Positions 58,765-64,000 of a stretch of DNA of 64,000 nucleotides are shown here, piece by piece. The stretch is from Macrostomum lignano. Taxonomy: Eukaryota. Location: positions 1,116,001 through 1,180,000 of the forward strand of contig NIVC01000061.1 of NCBI GenBank assembly GCA_002269645.1, given 5' to 3'. Under the pieces are notes generated by a model, which saw only the letters and a list, made by a program, of their open reading frames with translations, made no database searches and was not told the origin of the DNA. Within the stretch, counting starts at the first letter, position 1; each line of letters begins with the position of its first letter. A program made the translations under genes and the position numbers.

Positions 58765-59790
58765 ATGTCTATTAACGAAGAATCGAAGCAGGCTTACCTC
58801 GAGGCGCGCGAAGTCTTTGTCGAGTCTTACAAAGACTTTCTGCGCAAACTGCTTGGCCTGCTGTACGACGCCGAGGCAGCGGACGAATTCGCTCACGCTC
58901 GCGACGATGTCAGCCGCTTCGCCGATGAAGTGAAGGTCCTGCAGAGCCACATCGATGACTACATGACGGAGGAGCAGCGGGTCGGCGGCTCTCCTTCCTC
59001 GTCGGCCACTCCTCGGGGAATCTCCAGCGAGGTGGATCGAGCCTCCAGCCCGGGCGAGCAGCAGGAGCCGGCGACGCAACACCCGACTGAGGACGATTCG
59101 ACGCCAGTGCCGCTGCTGGGCACCGGCATGCACACAACCACCAGCGATCAGGAGCAGCAGAAGTCCACAACGTCCAAGTCCAAAGAGTCTTCGCACGAAT
59201 CTGCTGACGAGATGGCGGCCGAGGTCGAGTCGGCCCCGTCCCAGGTGTCTCCGGAGCCAGCTGACGAAGCTCCGGTGGTGCTGCCGCCTCCGCTGATCGA
59301 CGATGGCCGCGTCGTATCGGCGTTCTGCGCCTTCCGCTACCACAAGGCCGAGTTCCGCCAGCTGTTCATGCGGCAGGGCAGCAACAACAACAGCTGCTAC
59401 AACGGCCTCGCAACCGCACTGTCGCTGTCGTCGACGAACTCGACGGTGTCAGCCGTGGACAGCGCCGAACAGTCGCTGCTGTCGCCGCCGCCGCCTGATT
59501 GGGTGGGGCCGCTGGCCCACTGCGCCCTGCGCCTGATGCGCTCCGCGTTTCGTGACGCCCCGCCGGAGGCGTGGGAGTCGCTGAAGCGCCGACTGGCCAG
59601 CTTCGGCTTCAAGCCGGAGGTGCACTTCGCGCTCTGGCTGCGGCTGTCCTCGGCGGCGGCCGACACCGACGCGGCCGCTATGGACCCCGTCGAGGTGTTC
59701 AACGCCATCCCGCCGCTGTCTAGCCTGCCGAAACGGCTCGCCGCGGAGACCGAAGTCATGCTGCAGACGCTGAACCTGCTCAGCCAATGA
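58765..59790 (+). CDS. Intronless hypothetical protein, 341 aa (helical N- and C-terminal regions, acidic S/T/P linker)
   Basis: ATG at 58765 in A-rich context (CAAAATG); uninterrupted GC3-rich ORF in AT-rich flanks; divergent from flotillin-2. No family recognised. Confidence 0.75.
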   Translation: MSINEESKQAYLEAREVFVESYKDFLRKLLGLLYDAEAADEFAHARDDVSRFADEVKVLQSHIDDYMTEEQRVGGSPSSSATPRGISSEVDRASSPGEQQEPATQHPTEDDSTPVPLLGTGMHTTTSDQEQQKSTTSKSKESSHESADEMAAEVESAPSQVSPEPADEAPVVLPPPLIDDGRVVSAFCAFRYHKAEFRQLFMRQGSNNNSCYNGLATALSLSSTNSTVSAVDSAEQSLLSPPPPDWVGPLAHCALRLMRSAFRDAPPEAWESLKRRLASFGFKPEVHFALWLRLSSAAADTDAAAMDPVEVFNAIPPLSSLPKRLAAETEVMLQTLNLLSQ

Positions 59791-60304
59791 GCAGCTCGCT
59801 GAGCATACGAAACGAACCAACTGCTTGGTGAAAAGCATCTGAAAGAACAGCCAAAGTACTTTCCTGTGCGCATTTTTTTAATTTTGTAACTCTCCATTCC
59901 AACTTTCGCTGCCTTTCCAGAGCAGCTCTCCTGCACTGACAGCTCTTGACCCTTGCCTTGGCCAGACAGAATAAAATCACTGCAAACTGCTGGCTCGCTG
60001 TTCCTTTTAGTCAGACCAAAACGGCAGATAATTCCAGCAAACCAGTGAGATCAGATTTTAGTCTCGTTAATGCTTTCAGTACTAGTTATTTTCGTTTAAG
60101 ATAACACAGCTGACCCGACTAAACTGGAACGCCGTTGCTGGGCAATATATTTTCGTATCCAAAAAAAGCGACTTTTGAGCGACTTTAAATTAATTTTTAC
60201 TAAAAATGTGACGAATATTTGCTTTGAGTCGAGGATTGAGCTGAAAAATGATTTAATTTGAATTTGGCCATAAAATTCATGCGGGAACTTTCTTCCTCCC
60301 ACCT

Positions 60305-61437
60305 TGCTGCTCTACAGACGATCTTTCTGCTCTACAGACCACCTTTCTGCTCTACAGACGATCTTTCTACTCTACAGACCATCTTGTTGCTCTACAGACA
60401 ATCTTGCTGCTCTACAGACCATCTTGTTGCTCTACAGACGATCTTTCTACTCTACAGACCATCTTGTTGCTCTACAGACGATCTTTCTACTCTACAGACC
60501 ATCTTGCTGCTCTACAGACCATCTTGTTGCTCTACAGACCATCTTGTTGCTCTACAGACGATCTTTCTGCTCTACAGACGATCTTTCTGCTCTACAGACC
60601 ATCTTGTTGCTCTACAGACGATCTTTCTGCTCTACAGACCATCTTGCTGCTCTACAGACCATCTTGTTGCTCTACAGACCACCTTGCTGCTCTACAGACG
60701 ATCTTTCTACTCTACAGACCATCTTGTTGCTCTACAGACAATCTTGCTGCTCTACAGACGATCTTGCTGCTCTACAGATCATCTTGCTGCTCTACAGACC
60801 ATCTTGCTGCATTACAGATCATCTTGTTGCTCTACAGACAATCTTGCTGCTCTACAGACCATCTTGTTGCTCTACAGACGATCTTTCTACTCTACAGACC
60901 ATCTTGTTGCTCTACAGACGATCTTTCTACTCTACAGATCATCTTGCTGCTCTACAGACCATCTTGTTGCTCTACAGACCACCTTGCTGCTCTACAGACG
61001 ATCTTTCTACTCTACAGACGATCTTGCTGCTCTACAGATCATCTTGCTGCTCTACAGACCATCTTGCTGCATTACAGATCATCTTGCTGCTCTACAGACC
61101 ATCTTGCTGCTCTACAGACCATCTTGCTGCTCTACAGACCATCTTGCTGCATTACAGACCATCTTGCTGCTCTACAGACCATCTTGCTGCATTACAGACC
61201 ATCTTGCTGCTCTACAGACCATCTTGCTGCATTACAGACCATCTTGCTGCTCTACAGATCATCTTGCTGCTCTACAGATCATCTTGCTGCTCTACAGATC
61301 ATCTTGCTGCTCTACAGATCATCTTGCTGCTCTACAGATCATCTTGCTGCTCTACAGATCATCTTGCTGCTCTACAGATCATCTTGCTGCTCTACAGACC
61401 ATCTTGCTGCTATACAGATCATCTTTCTACTCTATAG
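60305..61437. repeat. 20-bp minisatellite, ~57 copies
   Basis: TCTACAGACCATCTTG(C/T)TGC. Confidence 0.97.
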
Positions 61438-62077
61438 ACTACGACGAGGGTACACATATCTAGAGGTAGAGCTTTAAACCTCGGAGGAATATTGTTACAA
61501 CGTCTTGATTCGCCCACTAAATACTGAATCGAACTTTATCGAACTATATCGAACTCGAAAACGCACAAATCAATGTACAGCTGCATGGTTGATGGTTCCC
61601 CGATTTGAGCAGTTTTTGGCCCGCTTAGCTACTGGTGATAACGTGAACAGGCCTTGTAACAACTGCAACACAGAAAAAATTGAATTTAAAGGAACGAATG
61701 CTCATAACTCGCAGACTAGGTACAGTACTAAATTGCTCAATGCACATTTGGCTAAGAATTTGGTGAAGAGCGTACGCTAGAGTGAACGCTTGAGGTACAC
61801 CGCTAAACAGAACTGCATATGTGCAGTTTATTATCTGTTTCCAGCTGCAGTGCATGCACTAAAGAGTGTTGGCTGCGGCTGGGGTGAATAAGAGAAAGAA
61901 CCACCCGTCCAGAGTGCATGGGTAGTTAAATAAGGCACATTGATCTCACTGTCCATATGTTTTTGTCGAGGCTGTACAATTCTCCAGCTATTATTAGTCG
62001 TGACAAAGCCACTCGTACTGTAGATATGCAGCAGACAACAGACCAGTTGCTGTAGCGGTCGGGTGAAATCTGCCACC

Positions 62078-62749
62078 ATGGAAGTCATCAGACAGTCCTC
62101 AACTGCGGATTCGGCAGACGCAGGCTCCAAGTGCGTCATCTGCTTAGAAAGTCTAGCATCGGCGGCCGAGCTGGCCCGACCGTCGCCCTGTCAGCACCGC
62201 TTCTGCCGGGCCTGTCTCGAGGGACTGTGTCGGCAGAATCGACGCGAAGCTCGGTGCCCGCTGGATCGGCTGACGTTTTCCCGGTACTCGGTCGCTAGGC
62301 AAAATGCTGTCGGTGCCGCGGAGGTCATGCACGACGTTGAGACACTGGCACCGCTGAGACGGTTGTTCAGCTCGCTAGCTGAGCCGCTGGTAATCGGCTT
62401 TGTCTTGCTGGTGGTGCTGTGGGTGGCGCCAAGCTACAGCCTGGCGCTGCACATCATACTCAGTGGCGCCATCTTCTGGTACACGGATGGAGCGTGCGAG
62501 TTTACGCCCTACATTTTCCATGCTTCGGCGTTTTACCTCATTCTGCTGCCTGTACAGCACATCGGCTCGCTGGCGACTGTCTACAGTTTCTTCTGCGGCT
62601 TCCTGCTGGTGCGATGGTACAATCAGCTGCCGGAGCTGCGATCTACCGACTGGACACCGGAGAAGCTGATGACTACAGGGACTGCTCTGCTGCTTGTGGT
62701 CGTTTATCCTGTGCTGCAGTTCACCGTGTACACTCTGCTGCAGGTGTGA
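62078..62749 (+). CDS. Intronless RING-finger E3 ligase-like protein with multi-pass C-terminal membrane region, 223 aa
   Basis: GCCACCATGG Kozak start at 62078; CVIC-x15-CQH-x2-C-x2-C-x13-CPLD RING; three to four hydrophobic segments (LVIGFVLLVVLWV, LALHIILSGAIFWY, FYLILLPV..VYSFFCGFLLV, TALLLVVVYPVLQFTVYTLL). Confidence 0.85.
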   Translation: MEVIRQSSTADSADAGSKCVICLESLASAAELARPSPCQHRFCRACLEGLCRQNRREARCPLDRLTFSRYSVARQNAVGAAEVMHDVETLAPLRRLFSSLAEPLVIGFVLLVVLWVAPSYSLALHIILSGAIFWYTDGACEFTPYIFHASAFYLILLPVQHIGSLATVYSFFCGFLLVRWYNQLPELRSTDWTPEKLMTTGTALLLVVVYPVLQFTVYTLLQV

Positions 62750-63884
62750 TATAAAGTTAACATTTCGAGCCGGTGATAGCTTAAGCATCGGATTGGAGCC
62801 TGAAGGTCGGATAATGATCGAGTCGGATCAATCGAATAGAAATTCGGAACACCCCCCCCCCATTTTGGTCCCGTTCCTGTGATCCCGGGGATAACGTAGA
62901 TGATTATGTGGGATTTCGGGCCACCTTAAGATCTAACTAGAATGGTAACTGTCTTCGAAGTCGTCTAAAATATGAAAAGCCAGTCGATTTCGTGGACGCC
63001 TAAGCACCCGCTGGAGGAAGTGGGACATCTCTGGTTGACTGGTCTCGCGGAGTACCTCGTAGGACTCGATTGCGGTTGGTTTGGTTTTGGATGACGGAAT
63101 GCTTGAGAGACTAGCTGAGAATGTCCAACAGTCGAGGCTTGCCCACTGTCGAGGCTTGATCGGCGAAACTAGAGAAATTCGCATCAGGGTGTCCATAGTC
63201 ACCTGGTGCCACCTGTTGAAGGTCCAGAAGCTCCGCCTGGGTGAAGGCTAGTGACCAAAGAAGTCACAGCTGATGCAGGCACATGTGGTCGACGTGCTGT
63301 TGAAATTTGGAGACCTGGCAAGGCTGCACTGAGGCGCAGTGCTGATTGGCGCACAGGGGTGTACTGAATACACTAGCGCTTATGGGAAAAATCCGACCTT
63401 CTGGCAGAATCGTCGAATATCTCGAGGGTCTGAAAGGCTGGCGACTTGATTCTTGTTTGAAAAGGTGCGCAACAAAAAGTTAGCCCGTGTTCTTGAATTT
63501 TATGTGCTAGCGTTGCTCCAATACGGTGCAACAAAAGTTTCAAGGGGGGGGGGGGATTCCCCCCCTCTTGGTAGCTCGACGGGCGGAAAAATGGCTTGGT
63601 ATTCCTACTTGCCCCCCCCCCTCGCATTGACATTCACTTTCCTGGCTCAAATGTCCTTTTTTCCAGCATGCAGAACTGATGCTTTGTCTCATTAGTTTGA
63701 AGCTTTAGTGTCAAGGGTCAGCTTTTGGAGAAAAAACAATGTCGAAACATAATTCTTTCGCCAATTCACTTGCAGGCTTACGTCTACGCTCTGTGCATCA
63801 TTCTGGGTTTCTCACTAATGGCCTCTTTAAATCATCAGCATGGCAACAAGTTCGCTTCGTTTAGCTTGTTATTCTTCTGCGCAG

Positions 63885-64000
63885 GCCACGCCCCTTACCT
63901 GTGCGAGGTGTCGGAGATCAGCCTGGGTCAGCTGGTCTACTCGTTCGCAGTGCTGCTCTACCTGACAGTCTGGCACACGCCGGATCTTCAGCAGTCTCGA
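63885..64000 (+). CDS. Probable internal exon of a membrane protein running off the window (..HAPYLCEVSEISLGQLVYSFAVLLYLTVWHTPDLQQSR)
   Basis: Pyrimidine-rich acceptor TTCTTCTGCGCAG at 63884; open GC3-rich frame with a hydrophobic helix. Confidence 0.45.

Noticed and set aside
2246-61437. Regular tandem arrays (e.g. 46, 60, 61 bp) as possible CRISPR arrays
   Set aside because: Units are contiguous near-identical copies with no unique spacers, no cas genes are present, and the context is eukaryotic introns.
60258-61477. 357-401-aa ORFs
   Set aside because: All three frames of a 20-bp minisatellite.
62933-63330. Minus-strand ORF fragments with coding-like composition
   Set aside because: No frame stays open across the region and no recognisable motif or consistent splice sites were found.

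Overview
Eukaryotic (animal) genomic DNA with GC-rich exons, AT-rich spacers and a different minisatellite in most introns. This style resembles the flatworm Macrostomum (inference, not shown by the sequence). Hand-assembling GT-AG exons with consistent phases gives: (+) a 7-exon type I membrane protein with an F-type-lectin-like domain (2121-5872), absent as a whole from the ORF track; tRNA-Asp(GTC); (-) a multi-exon gene of unknown function (at least 10316-14974); (-) a complete 15-exon LRP5/6/Arrow Wnt co-receptor (21293-38711, ~2036 aa); (-) a 7-exon glutamate carboxypeptidase II/NAALADase-family gene (40417-48883, 753 aa); (-) a 6-exon flotillin-2 (51698-57238, 425 aa); (+) an intronless 341-aa orphan; (+) an intronless RING/multi-TM E3 ligase; and partial CDSs at both edges. 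Mobile DNA: two hAT-type MITEs, and a decayed Tc1/IS630-type transposon with a nested insertion. About 38 tandem arrays account for most long ORFs in the track. No CRISPR or prokaryotic system is supported. Best leads: an in-frame, indel-free 30-bp VNTR behind the lectin receptor's stop codon; short introns apparently inflated by private minisatellites; a ~1.8-kb run of GTGAGT donor-like motifs directly after a real 5' splice site; and a divergent LRP5/6.
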